Source: Bdellovibrionales bacterium (GTDB taxonomy: Bacteria > Bdellovibrionota > Bdellovibrionia > Bdellovibrionales > UBA1609). Taken from it: DNA of 64,000 nucleotides. The position numbers and the translations under genes are program-made. Position 1 is the first letter of the stretch; every line of letters starts with the position of its first letter. Under the pieces are notes generated by a model. That model worked only from the letters and a program-made list of their open reading frames with translations, did not search any database and had not been told where the DNA came from. The DNA lies in NCBI GenBank assembly GCA_965219095.1, contig OZ244719.1:352001-416000 (forward strand), in the 5' to 3' direction. Positions 44,949 to 54,776 of the stretch are shown here, piece after piece.

Positions 44949-46124
44949 TTATTTTCTAGAATTACAATCTAAAAGCTCTTTTTTCTTGCAGAGTGTTTGT
45001 AATATTCTTGTATTAGTTATGATTAGGTCTTCCTCAGAAGGAAGAAGATCATCCAAAAAGGGTAAAGATGAAGGTTTACGAAGAGAAGGATCTAATTTCA
45101 TAGGGCCTCTTATTTTCCTATTAACCTTCTTAACCTTTTGGTTAAATTTTCTTTTAAGGTAAGGATGAGAGCCTCGTTTCCTTACTCCCGACATAAACCC
45201 TGCTGACTTGAAACGAGAGTGAGGAGATTCACCATCATTGTAAGTTTCTTGACCTCCCGATCCGCTCTGAGAGCCTTTAAGATCCGATCCCCCTGAAAAA
45301 CTACTTCCTAAACCTTCACCACTATCCGAACCACCTCTAAAGTTTGACAAAGGTTTTTTTGAAGACTTTCTTAACTCATAATCTGATGAAGCTATTGAAC
45401 TGAGAGGAGATAATATATTAGAAAAACTTTCATCATCAGAACTTGTAGATGATTTTACACTGTTGATCTTTGGTTGTGATACTGATATTAAATTTGGTTC
45501 TAGGTTCGGATCAGGTTTTGTTTTTTCAGAATTTTTGACTTTTTGAGAAAAGGCATAAGCACAAAGTAAAGCTGATCCAAGATTCTGAAAGGATTGAACG
45601 TTTTGTCTTTTTAAATTTTCCAGTTGCTTCATAGAAAGTTTTTCTTTTTCTTCACTTCCTTTTTCATCACAACAATGCCTCATTGTATTTTTACTATCTT
45701 CTTCTTCTGAACAATCATACTTCAACCAAAGATCAATCGCCTCTTCACAACGATTCGCATGAGAGTATAACTTAGCAGAGGTCATCAAAGAAAGACCAGA
45801 GCTAGCAAGACAGGCTTTAAAGGCTGTTTTCTGCGAAGAAATGGAATCAGAGATAGTACCAAAAACTGCTATAGCTCCAGTCAGAAACATGCCGTTTTCT
45901 GTTAAGAAATCAAATTTAGGGAGCTTGAGCAAAGTATTTTTCAAACCATTTCCAAGACTTTCTAATTGACCTTCAGAACTTTGAACATGGCATTGATCAA
46001 CATCTGAACAACATGATAAAGGTATAACTTCTCCACAAGTACTTCCTTGACTTGCTTCAGACTCCCTCTGCATAAAAACCATAAAATTTATCAAAAAGAC
46101 AGTTAAAAAAGAAACTAACTTCAT
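44949..46124 (-). CDS. Hypothetical secreted Cys-rich, Ser/Gly-rich protein
   Basis: Signal peptide; upstream TAAG-N16-CCGAAA FliA-like motif. Confidence 0.7.
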   Translation of the reverse strand: MKLVSFLTVFLINFMVFMQRESEASQGSTCGEVIPLSCCSDVDQCHVQSSEGQLESLGNGLKNTLLKLPKFDFLTENGMFLTGAIAVFGTISDSISSQKTAFKACLASSGLSLMTSAKLYSHANRCEEAIDLWLKYDCSEEEDSKNTMRHCCDEKGSEEKEKLSMKQLENLKRQNVQSFQNLGSALLCAYAFSQKVKNSEKTKPDPNLEPNLISVSQPKINSVKSSTSSDDESFSNILSPLSSIASSDYELRKSSKKPLSNFRGGSDSGEGLGSSFSGGSDLKGSQSGSGGQETYNDGESPHSRFKSAGFMSGVRKRGSHPYLKRKFNQKVKKVNRKIRGPMKLDPSLRKPSSLPFLDDLLPSEEDLIITNTRILQTLCKKKELLDCNSRK

Positions 46125-46242
46125 AATTCTTTTTCGGACTTTTTTTATAAAAACTTAAAAATCTACCTCTTTAGAGAGGGCTTTTTCTTAAGTTCCTTGT
46201 ATTAGAGTTTTAAAACCACAGCTTAAATCACAAAAAGGTTTA

Positions 46243-48998
46243 AAAGTGTCTCATTTTCAGACATTAAGTATAATTTTTTAAAGACTCTAGTGTTCTGACC
46301 AGTAATTTTTTTCACAATTTTCAAGCCTTTAATCCAGGTCATTTTATTTAATTTTTTTGCCTCCTCAAAAGAATCTGTGGGTTTCCGGAGGTTCTGGCAG
46401 TTTTCCAAGGTTATGATATAAGGCGATTTTTATAGCTTTAGAGGTTCTAAAGCCGTAAGATTTTCTCATAGTGAGTTTTACTTTGTTGTTTAAACCCTCT
46501 ACAATCCCTGAGGAGAAGGTTTTTTTAGCCTTGAAGTAATTAAGGATAAGTAGCTTATGTCTTCGTATGGTTTTTGCTTCTCTTTTCATAGGTTCAATTT
46601 TTGAAAGCATGACTCGTCTCGTCCAACTGTCTATAAATTTACCAGCCCAAGTTGGTGGAACATAGGTCCATAACTGTCGGAAGTCTTCTTTTAAAAAATA
46701 ACAGCGGATACTTTTTAAATTGTACTGTATTAAATGCCTTAATTTTACTTTTTCATAAGATTTTAAATTTTCTGCATTTTTTAACAAGGGCCATCTAGCT
46801 TTTGTTAAAAGGGGTTCATACCCGTCTTCTTTCATTTTTTTGTGTTCTGAAGCTCTCACTTCGTCTAAAGCCTTATTGAGTCTTGCTACGATATGAAACC
46901 GATCTAATATGTGTAAAGCTCCACTTGCCCTCTCCTTTATGACTTTTAAATAAGGCTTCCACATATCAGAACACACAAACCGTATATCTTTTGACTTCTC
47001 TCCTAGTAAATCAAAGAATTTTCTAAAACTCTTTTCTGTTCTTTTTTCTCCTATCCATAGCAAACGAACACTTTCTTTGCTTATTTCATAGACTAAGGTG
47101 AGATACTGATGGTTCTTTTTCCATTGTATTTCATCTACACCTATAGCTTGTATTCCCTTTAAAACCCTTTGTTTTAAACCATATTCTACGACCCATTCTA
47201 CCGAAGCATAGACCTGATTCCAACTGACATGAAACTTACAAGAAACCTCTTTCCAAGACAGGTGACGACACCAGTCTGCTAAATACTTCATGTAAAAGAT
47301 CGTTAAACTCTTCTTACCATCGGCCCAAGGTAAATACTCAACTTTTACCCCACAGCAAGGACAATTAACTCTTCTTACAAAATAAACAAAAAACACCCTG
47401 TAACTTAAAATAGGAAGGGATTCAAAGTCCCGTGATGATTTACTGCTGTCATACACTGAACAGGGCTTCTTACAAACACTACAAAAAGCTTGGCCATTTT
47501 TACGAGCCTTAATAGGAACATTAATTGACTTTCTATCTTTTGAAAAATAAATGTCTCCGTATACAAAAGACTTCCATCTTAAACAATCATTTAGTATAGT
47601 CTTCAAAAGCATCTCTTCCCTCCTTTTTTTTTTTTTTTGAATAACATTTTAAGGCATCTGGGAAGTAGGTGCTTCTTTTTTAAAATTTTAATGTAACACA
47701 GCAAATAAAAGCAAATAAAATGAATGTTTTTGAGTTCAATCACCGGAGGTGATAGAGGCCAGTAAGAGCCTCAAAGAACTCAAAAATACAAGATAGGATG
47801 TCTTAACTCTTGCTTTGATTAATATGAGCCTTTTTGGGGGATTTCTACTACTTTTCACCCACAGATTCCCGGGAGGAGCCATTTTTTTTTATTATGTTTT
47901 AATACTCATATGTTAAATTTATTAAAGCCAAAAGATAAGAGAGAAATTCTTAAAATTATAAAGAAGTCTAAAAATCCAAGAGCCATATATCGAGCCAATG
48001 TTCTAAACTTAAGGAACAAAAATTTAACTGCCATAGAGACAGCAGATTACTTAGAGATAACTCCTAGAACTGTTTTCAACATCCAAAAAAACTATGAGAA
48101 TTCTGGGCTGAAAAAAGCTCTTGAAGATGATCCTCGTCCTGGAAAACCTCCAAAGTTTGATGATCGCATAAAGTCAAAGATTATAGCTATGGTCTGCTCA
48201 GATCCTCCGGAGGGCTTTGATCGATGGACTTTAGAGCTCATTAAAGAGAGGGCAGAAAAAAACAAGATTGTAGACTCTATTAGCAAAGAAAAAGTTAGGA
48301 TTATTCTTTTAGAACATGATCTAAAACCTTGGCAACAGAAGAGTTGGTGTGTACCAGAGCTTAATGATGAATTTATAGAGAGGATGGAGGATGTTTTGAA
48401 AGTGTATGAGAAGCCTCCGATTAAAGGAAAGCCTGTTGTGTGTATTGATGAAAAGCCTCTTCAGTTACTTGATGATGTTCGTCCTCCATCGGGTTGTCGT
48501 CCCTCGGAAGTAAAAAAAGTAGATTATGAGTATAAAAGAGAGGGTACAGCAAATGTTTTCTGTGCTGTGGAGCCTAAGAGAGGTTTTTATATGAATAAGG
48601 TAACAGAGAGAAGGACAGGTCCGGATTTTGCTAAGTTTTTATCTTCTGTTGAGAGACATTATTCTGATTCCAAGAAGATTGTTCTAGTTATGGATAATTT
48701 GAACACTCATAGAAAAAAAAGTCTTACTGATTTTTATGGAAAAGATCGAGGTTTGCATCTATGGTCTCGCTTTGAGGTTCATTATACTCCGAGTCATGGA
48801 AGTTGGTTAAATCAAGCAGAAATTGCAATCAATATGTACTCTCGTCAATGTTTAGGAAAATCAAGAATACCTGACATAGAAACTTTAAGAAAAAGAACCA
48901 AGGCTTGGGTGAATATTATGAACAGACGGAAGATTATAATAAAATGGAATTTTTCAAGAAAATCAGCCAGAGAAAAGTTCCATTATAAAAAATGAGAC
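46243..48998 (+). mobile_element. IS630-family element B (transposase 47910..48995) with ISL3 in its leader; ends approximate
   Basis: GTCTCATTTT / AAAATGAGAC inverted ends; CIDEKP, VMDNLNTH, TP.HGSWLNQAE motifs. Confidence 0.75.
46359..47880 (-). mobile_element. ISL3-family element, intact (transposase 46365..47612)
   Basis: GG-starting IR; 8-bp TSD ATTTTTTT; zinc finger, GVDE, SDMWKPY, DRFH, EGLNNKVK. Confidence 0.95.
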
Positions 48999-49109
48999 GA
49001 GCCTGTAAGAGCCTGTAAACTAAATTGTATATAAACATTAGAAAATCATATCTTTCCAATGAATTTGATACACTCTTTACCCATACTTAAAAGTTATAAA
49101 AGTCGAAAC

Positions 49110-49356
49110 TCGGGTTAATAACAGAGTTGAAAGAGATCTAAGAATGACTAAGGTGAAAAAGAAAGTGTCAGGGTGTTTCAGAACAGAAGAAATGGCGAAA
49201 TATTTTTGTCGCATTACCAGCTATGTTAAAACAATGAGAAATAGAGGGTATTCTTCTTTAGAAGCCATCTCTATGGCTTTAAATAAAAAGGGCTCCTCCC
49301 GGGAACCCACAGATTCTTTTGAGGAGGCATAAAAACTTACGAGAGTGAGCAGTTAC
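49110..49356 (+). pseudogene. IS66 element C right-end remnant
   Basis: NNRVERDLRMTKVKKKVSGCFR; end TGAGCAGTTAC complementary to 63208 GTAACTGCTCA. Confidence 0.8.
49291..49328 (+). mobile_element. 38-bp ISL3 derivative (fused left and right IRs)
   Basis: GGCTCCTCCCGGGAACCCACAGATTCTTTTGAGGAGGC flanked by ATAAAAAG / ATAAAAAC. Confidence 0.8.
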
Positions 49357-49396
49357 GTTTTAGAATGAATTAAAAATTAAACAAAAGGAGTCCAAA

Positions 49397-50263
49397 ATGA
49401 AGAATACAAAAGAAAAAATATCAATTCAAGAACTATCGGATCACAAGGAGATTCAAGATGCAACTATCACATATTATTATCGCACAAGATCAGGTGCAGA
49501 GATTGATCTGGTTTTAGAGAGGGCTTTTGGCATTCTGCTTATTGAGATTAAGCTAGGAACTACAACAACAGCAAGACAACTCACGTCTTTACAGAAATTT
49601 ATTAAAGATTATGATCTTGCTTATGGAGTTGTTATAAATAATTCAAAGAAAGTTATGTGTAATAGTCGCAACTTAATCTGACACGTCTCGAAATGTCAAA
49701 GAGATGAAAAGAGGTTACCCTTTTAAATAAACAATACCACCCCAAAGGGTGGAGAAAGGATAACAAAAATGACATATCAAGAAAGAATTATAAAATCAAA
49801 AGTAGGTCTTTTGCAATTAGCAGAAGAGTTAGGCAATGTATCTCAAGCTTGTAAGGTGATGGGCTTTTCAAGAGATACATTTTATCGTTACAAGACACTC
49901 AAAGAGGAAGGAGGTTTAGAATCATTAAGAGAGCAAAGTCGTAGAAAGCCTAATTTAAAAAACAGAGTTGATCAAACGACAGAAGAGGCTTGTTTAAGGA
50001 TCGCTATAGAACTTCCTGCCTATGGACAGTTGAGAGCGTCCAATGAGTTAAGGAAAAAAGGAATTTTTATTTCTCCTGCAGGAGTTAGAGGGGTCTGGCT
50101 GAGAAATAATTTAGAGACTTTCAAAAAGCTGATTGAACAGAACGAAAACTGACAGACAGTTTTTTATCAACCCAGAAAGGGTAACTGTCAGATCATATAA
50201 CGTCTATTACAAGTTATGCTATTAACAGAAAAAATCATTCAAATCCCTGTGTCTTGTATTTGA
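49397..50263 (+). pseudogene. DUF4143-like (AAA+-associated nuclease-fold) C-terminal fragment split by IS481
   Basis: YYRTRSGAEIDLV..IEIK; frame resumes VMLLTEKIIQIPVSCI* after the IS. Confidence 0.65.
49658..50211 (+). mobile_element. Internally deleted IS481 (554 bp)
   Basis: TGTAATAG...CTATTACA termini; AGTTATG duplicated on both sides; truncated ORF 49769..50152. Confidence 0.9.
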
Positions 50264-50280
50264 AGAAGTGATCTTTCCTC

Positions 50281-50534
50281 GAGCCTGTAAATTAAATTGT
50301 GTAACTGATTTTTTCATTTTAAATTTTACCCTTCAATTTTTCACACTTATTTTAACCCATCAATCGATTCACACAACAAATAGATATACCTGAAATGAAC
50401 ATATCTTGTGAAAACTCAAACATCTTTTTCAAGGAAGGTTTTAAAAACCTTCCTTGAAAAACATTTCCTTAGGTCATTCCACAAAGTTTCAATGATTTAG
50501 AACAAAATATCGAATTATTTTTTGTAATGGTATT
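50281..50534 (+). repeat. Diverged homologue of the IS630-A 3' non-coding end, starting GAGCCTGTAA
   Basis: Aligns to about 17570..17826. Confidence 0.75.
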
Positions 50535-50576
50535 ACTGGGCGCCGTCTCTCCTCTGAGGATTACTATTAACCCGAC

Positions 50577-51024
50577 TTACGCTCGAAACAGAGCTGATCT
50601 TTGGTTTTTAACACGAACTCCTCTTTTAACCACATCTTCATACCCACTGACAATCTTACGAAGGTAAATGAATTCATCACCTGAGTGAAAAACTGGTTTC
50701 AAAAGGCCAGAGCGTAACAATAAAACAAGTTTTTCAGCATCAATTTTATCAGTTTTAGCCCCTTCACTTAAAAGTCTATTCCGAAGAGGATCACAGACTA
50801 TGAGCTCATCAACACTATCCTTTAATTCTGAATACAACCACTATCGAAGTTGTAGTCTCTTCGATAGTCAATATCTTCTTACCTTTCAGAGTTTTTAAAT
50901 AGGCACGAAGATTTCCAAGATCTGAAATCGTGTCCATAGTCTTAATATCTTTTGATTTGCCTGTCATCCTTGAAATGGCCATGTTACTTTGTGCCCAATC
51001 TACGGCTATATAGTGATCATACAT
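50577..51024 (-). pseudogene. IS110-family recombinase, frameshifted and 3'-truncated
   Basis: IAVDWA, IEET, KTDKIDA (DEDD RuvC-like) motifs; RBS AAGGAGG. Confidence 0.85.
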
Positions 51025-51466
51025 TTTATTTTCCTCCTTTGTTGGTTTATTTATAAATAAAGTCTTGAAATCCTATTTTACATCTTTTTTTTGCTTTTTC
51101 CTTTTTTTCGAGTAAGTCTTCACAAAAATACAGGCTTAATCGAAAAAAAGGGAAAACACCCTTTGAGGCCTTAAAAACCAGGCCAGCTAAAGGGTTTAGA
51201 ATTTGTCTCAAAAATCACCTCCTTCTGCAAGTACTTTAGGGTCACTATCATGGCTTAAACCAGTGACCTGTCTTTTTGATTTACCGTCGAATTAATTTCT
51301 GTAATTGGTATTAAAACCAGCTTTTGAAGCACCGGAAACTAGACTAAAGTCTTTAAAAAAATCAGACAAGAAGATCTTAAAATTTAATCAATAGATTGTA
51401 AAACACTACTAATACATATGAAGTTTCGTTTATAGCGTTTTTACTGCCTATAGAGTACAATGAGTT

Positions 51467-51859
51467 ATGAACTTTATGAAGAATCAAAAAATGAAGTTTT
51501 TATATTTTATAGGGGGACTTCTCCTCTTTCCTCTTTTCTCAAAAGCTCAATCAGAAAAGCTTTTAAAGACCTTTGTTGTTTACAAACATAGCGGAGGAAA
51601 ACAATGTCAAAAACAGACAAAAAATTACGAAGCTTTTTTTACCAAGCAATTAAAAGCTCAAAGTATTACAATCTTATCTCAATGCAAGGGAAGTTTTAAG
51701 GGGCAAATGGTGATTACTTTATGCGGAGCAGATAATCTAGAGTATATTTTTTATAAAATCTCTACTTCTGAAATAAAGAAAGATGAGATAAAGGACTTAG
51801 GATTTAAGGTTGCAGACGATATACAAAAAATAACTTGTTTTCTAAAAAAGGGTTTTTAA
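51467..51859 (+). CDS. Hypothetical secreted protein (4 Cys)
   Basis: Signal peptide; GGKQC, ITLCG. Confidence 0.7.
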   Translation: MNFMKNQKMKFLYFIGGLLLFPLFSKAQSEKLLKTFVVYKHSGGKQCQKQTKNYEAFFTKQLKAQSITILSQCKGSFKGQMVITLCGADNLEYIFYKISTSEIKKDEIKDLGFKVADDIQKITCFLKKGF

Positions 51860-51863
51860 AATA

Positions 51864-54029
51864 ATGCCTCTTGAAAGAAGACTTAATCTTTTTTCAGTCA
51901 TTGCTATTAGTATCATGTCCATGGTAGGAAGCGGTTTGTTTGCACTTCCTGGAATTATAGTTCACCATACAGGCCCTTCTTCTTGGTTAGCTTATTTATT
52001 TGCAGGTTTATGTGTTTTACCTGCTGCTATGTCAAAGGCTGAACTGGCTACAGCTATGCCTTCAACAGGAGGTACTTATATTTATATGGAAAGAAGTTTA
52101 GGGCCTTTGTCGGGGACTATTATGGGCTTAGGACTTTGGCTTTCTATTGTTTTAAAAAGCTCTTTTGCACTTGTTGGTTTAGGAGCTTATATGAGTATCC
52201 TTACATCTTTTGACATAAAAAATACAGCTCTTATAATTTTAGCTATTATTTTTATTGCTAATCTCTTAGGAATTAGTTTTTTAAGTAAAATGTTCACTTT
52301 CATTGTAGCTGTGACTTTATTTTCTTTATTTTTTTTACTTATGGGATCTCAATTGCAACTGCCTTCTGTAGTTTATAAAGACTATTTCGCTCAAGGAATT
52401 TCTGGATTTGTCATGGCTACAGCACTTGTGTTTATTTCTTACGCTGGTGTTACAAAAATTGTTACTTTAGCTGAGGAGATCAAAGAACCAGAAAAAAATT
52501 TACCTCGTGGAATTTTAATTTCTCTATTGTTAGTAACAGGACTTTATTGTTTTACATCCTATGTTCTAGTTGACAAAATCCCTTTAAAATCTTTAGATCA
52601 AAATCTACGCCCTGTTTACGATCTTTCCATGAGTTTTGGATATGAAATTGTAGGTATTTTTACCGCTGTTATTGCGTGCTTGACTATGGCCTCTATGGCT
52701 AATGCTGGTGTGCTTGTATCTTCTCGATTTCCCTTTGCTATGTCAAGAGACAAGCTACTTCCTACTTTTTTAGGACGTCTTACGAAAAAATTCCTTACTC
52801 CTTTATGGAGTATTATGATGTCCTGTTTTCTTATTGCCTTGTTTATCGTTTTCCTTAATCCATCACAAATTGTGAAATTTGCAAGCTCCTTTATTATTTT
52901 CATTTACGTTATGGAGAATTTTATTGTGATCTTATTTAGAGAAATGAGAGTCCAGTGGTACAATCCTTCTTATAAAACTCCTTTTTATCCTTTCTTGCAA
53001 ATTTTTGGACTCACAAGCGGTATTGTGTTTTTAATAGCTATTGGATTGAAATACCTCGTTTTTAGTATAGGAACCATATCTGTTCTAGGTACACTGGTTT
53101 ATATTTTTTATAGTTATAAAAAAGTCAAAAGAAGAGGGCTTCTTGCCTTAAGGGAGGGGAAAATATCTGTAAATCGAGAAGAAAGTGAAAAAGAATTACA
53201 AAATTTATATGAAGAAAAAGAGCTTTATCCTCAAAAAACTTCTTCTATGGTAGCTTTATTTGGAGAAGAAACCTCTCCAGAAAACTTAGTGGAGCTAGCA
53301 CTAGCTCTTGGTGATGAAAAGTCTGGGACTGCAGTTTCTTATATGGTGGAAGTTCCTGAACAAACCAACATCAATGATGTCACATGGCAGACACATGCTA
53401 TGCGTTCTATACGAAGACGAATGAATGCTATGAGTGAATACAAAAATCAACCTATTCATTTTGATATTGTCTTCTCTCATGATGTTTATCAAAGAATTAC
53501 AAACATTAGTGAACAAATACAATGCCGTTGGCTTATTACCCAATGGGTTAGTCCTTCTGTAGGAAAAACTCTTACACCCTATGATCCTATAAAACGTTTG
53601 AGAGACGAGCTTTCTTGTCATATGATAACTTTCAAAGATGATGGTATACGTTTTTATAAAAGAATCCTCGTTATCTTAAGTCAAACAAAAAGTGATCTTC
53701 TCAATATTTATACAGCTGATCATTTAGCTCAGCTTTATAGCGGAACTATTGATCTTGTGCTTTACCAACTAGAAAAGCAAAATAAAGACGATCTAACAGA
53801 GTATGGACTTATGCTATCAGCTAAATGTCAATCTAAAGTAAGTCTTATTCTTCTTTCGGGAGATGATCAAGATGAACAAATTATAGATCTCACAAGCTCC
53901 TATGATCTTCTTATTTTAACAGACTTTTCTAAAAACTCTATTCTGGAGAGAATCTTTGGCTCAAAAAATAACCGTCTTATCGAAAAAGCAACCTGTTCTG
54001 TTGTGGCGATTCAAAAAAAGAGTTTATGA
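51864..54029 (+). CDS. APC-family amino acid permease with C-terminal USP-like domains
   Basis: GSGLFALP, ELATAMP.TGG.Y, EEIKEPEKNLP; tail IFGS..NRLIEKATCSVVAI. Confidence 0.85.
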   Translation: MPLERRLNLFSVIAISIMSMVGSGLFALPGIIVHHTGPSSWLAYLFAGLCVLPAAMSKAELATAMPSTGGTYIYMERSLGPLSGTIMGLGLWLSIVLKSSFALVGLGAYMSILTSFDIKNTALIILAIIFIANLLGISFLSKMFTFIVAVTLFSLFFLLMGSQLQLPSVVYKDYFAQGISGFVMATALVFISYAGVTKIVTLAEEIKEPEKNLPRGILISLLLVTGLYCFTSYVLVDKIPLKSLDQNLRPVYDLSMSFGYEIVGIFTAVIACLTMASMANAGVLVSSRFPFAMSRDKLLPTFLGRLTKKFLTPLWSIMMSCFLIALFIVFLNPSQIVKFASSFIIFIYVMENFIVILFREMRVQWYNPSYKTPFYPFLQIFGLTSGIVFLIAIGLKYLVFSIGTISVLGTLVYIFYSYKKVKRRGLLALREGKISVNREESEKELQNLYEEKELYPQKTSSMVALFGEETSPENLVELALALGDEKSGTAVSYMVEVPEQTNINDVTWQTHAMRSIRRRMNAMSEYKNQPIHFDIVFSHDVYQRITNISEQIQCRWLITQWVSPSVGKTLTPYDPIKRLRDELSCHMITFKDDGIRFYKRILVILSQTKSDLLNIYTADHLAQLYSGTIDLVLYQLEKQNKDDLTEYGLMLSAKCQSKVSLILLSGDDQDEQIIDLTSSYDLLILTDFSKNSILERIFGSKNNRLIEKATCSVVAIQKKSL

Positions 54030-54040
54030 TCATTATTAAA

Positions 54041-54508
54041 TCATTGAAAACCACCCCACAACTTTACTTCTAATAAAGAGGGCTTTTCTTTGGGGGATTT
54101 TAGATCAAATTTAAATTCTTGATTTGGAAAAACTGTTATAAAATTTTGAAAATTTTGTTCATAGAGAATCTCTGAGACTGAATTGGAATAATGAGACAAA
54201 ATGGAGATCTTTTCTATATGAAAAGGAAGGCTATAATCTACACTTTCATCCCAAGATACTACGGCTGTCATCCATTCGCTATTAGGAGTGGGAGTTTTAA
54301 GTAAAAAGAAAACCTCTAAGTCAAGAAACTCACCATCTTGTAAAAGAGATAAAAATTCTTTTTTATAAAAGCCTTTCTGACAACTTTCCTTATCATAGAT
54401 CCACTCTGTACTGAGAGCTGTCCTATAATGATAAGAAGATCCATAAACCGGTAAGAAAAAAACAAAACAAAAACTTATAAGGAAAACTCTTACAATAGAA
54501 ATCTTCAT
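54041..54508 (-). CDS. Hypothetical exported protein
   Basis: Signal peptide, RBS GAGG. Confidence 0.65.
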   Translation of the reverse strand: MKISIVRVFLISFCFVFFLPVYGSSYHYRTALSTEWIYDKESCQKGFYKKEFLSLLQDGEFLDLEVFFLLKTPTPNSEWMTAVVSWDESVDYSLPFHIEKISILSHYSNSVSEILYEQNFQNFITVFPNQEFKFDLKSPKEKPSLLEVKLWGGFQ

Positions 54509-54776
54509 ACAAACCTCTATCGGGAAAAAAACTCTTTGTTCAATCTTTTGAAAGGAAATCTAGTCTTTCTTTAGCCTTTAAGCTTGAAAAACAGATCTAT
54601 GTCTTAAGACCTAAAGCCTTTGAAGTCCTTCAGCCTAAAGACCTAAAAAAACTTTTAAAAAAGATTGTGTTTCGCTACTTCTTAATTCTCCCATTAAAAA
54701 AAGAACCAAAATAAGACAAAAAAAGAGAAAAAATATTTGAATAAAGATATTTTTTTTCACGCTGATAAATTTTTTC

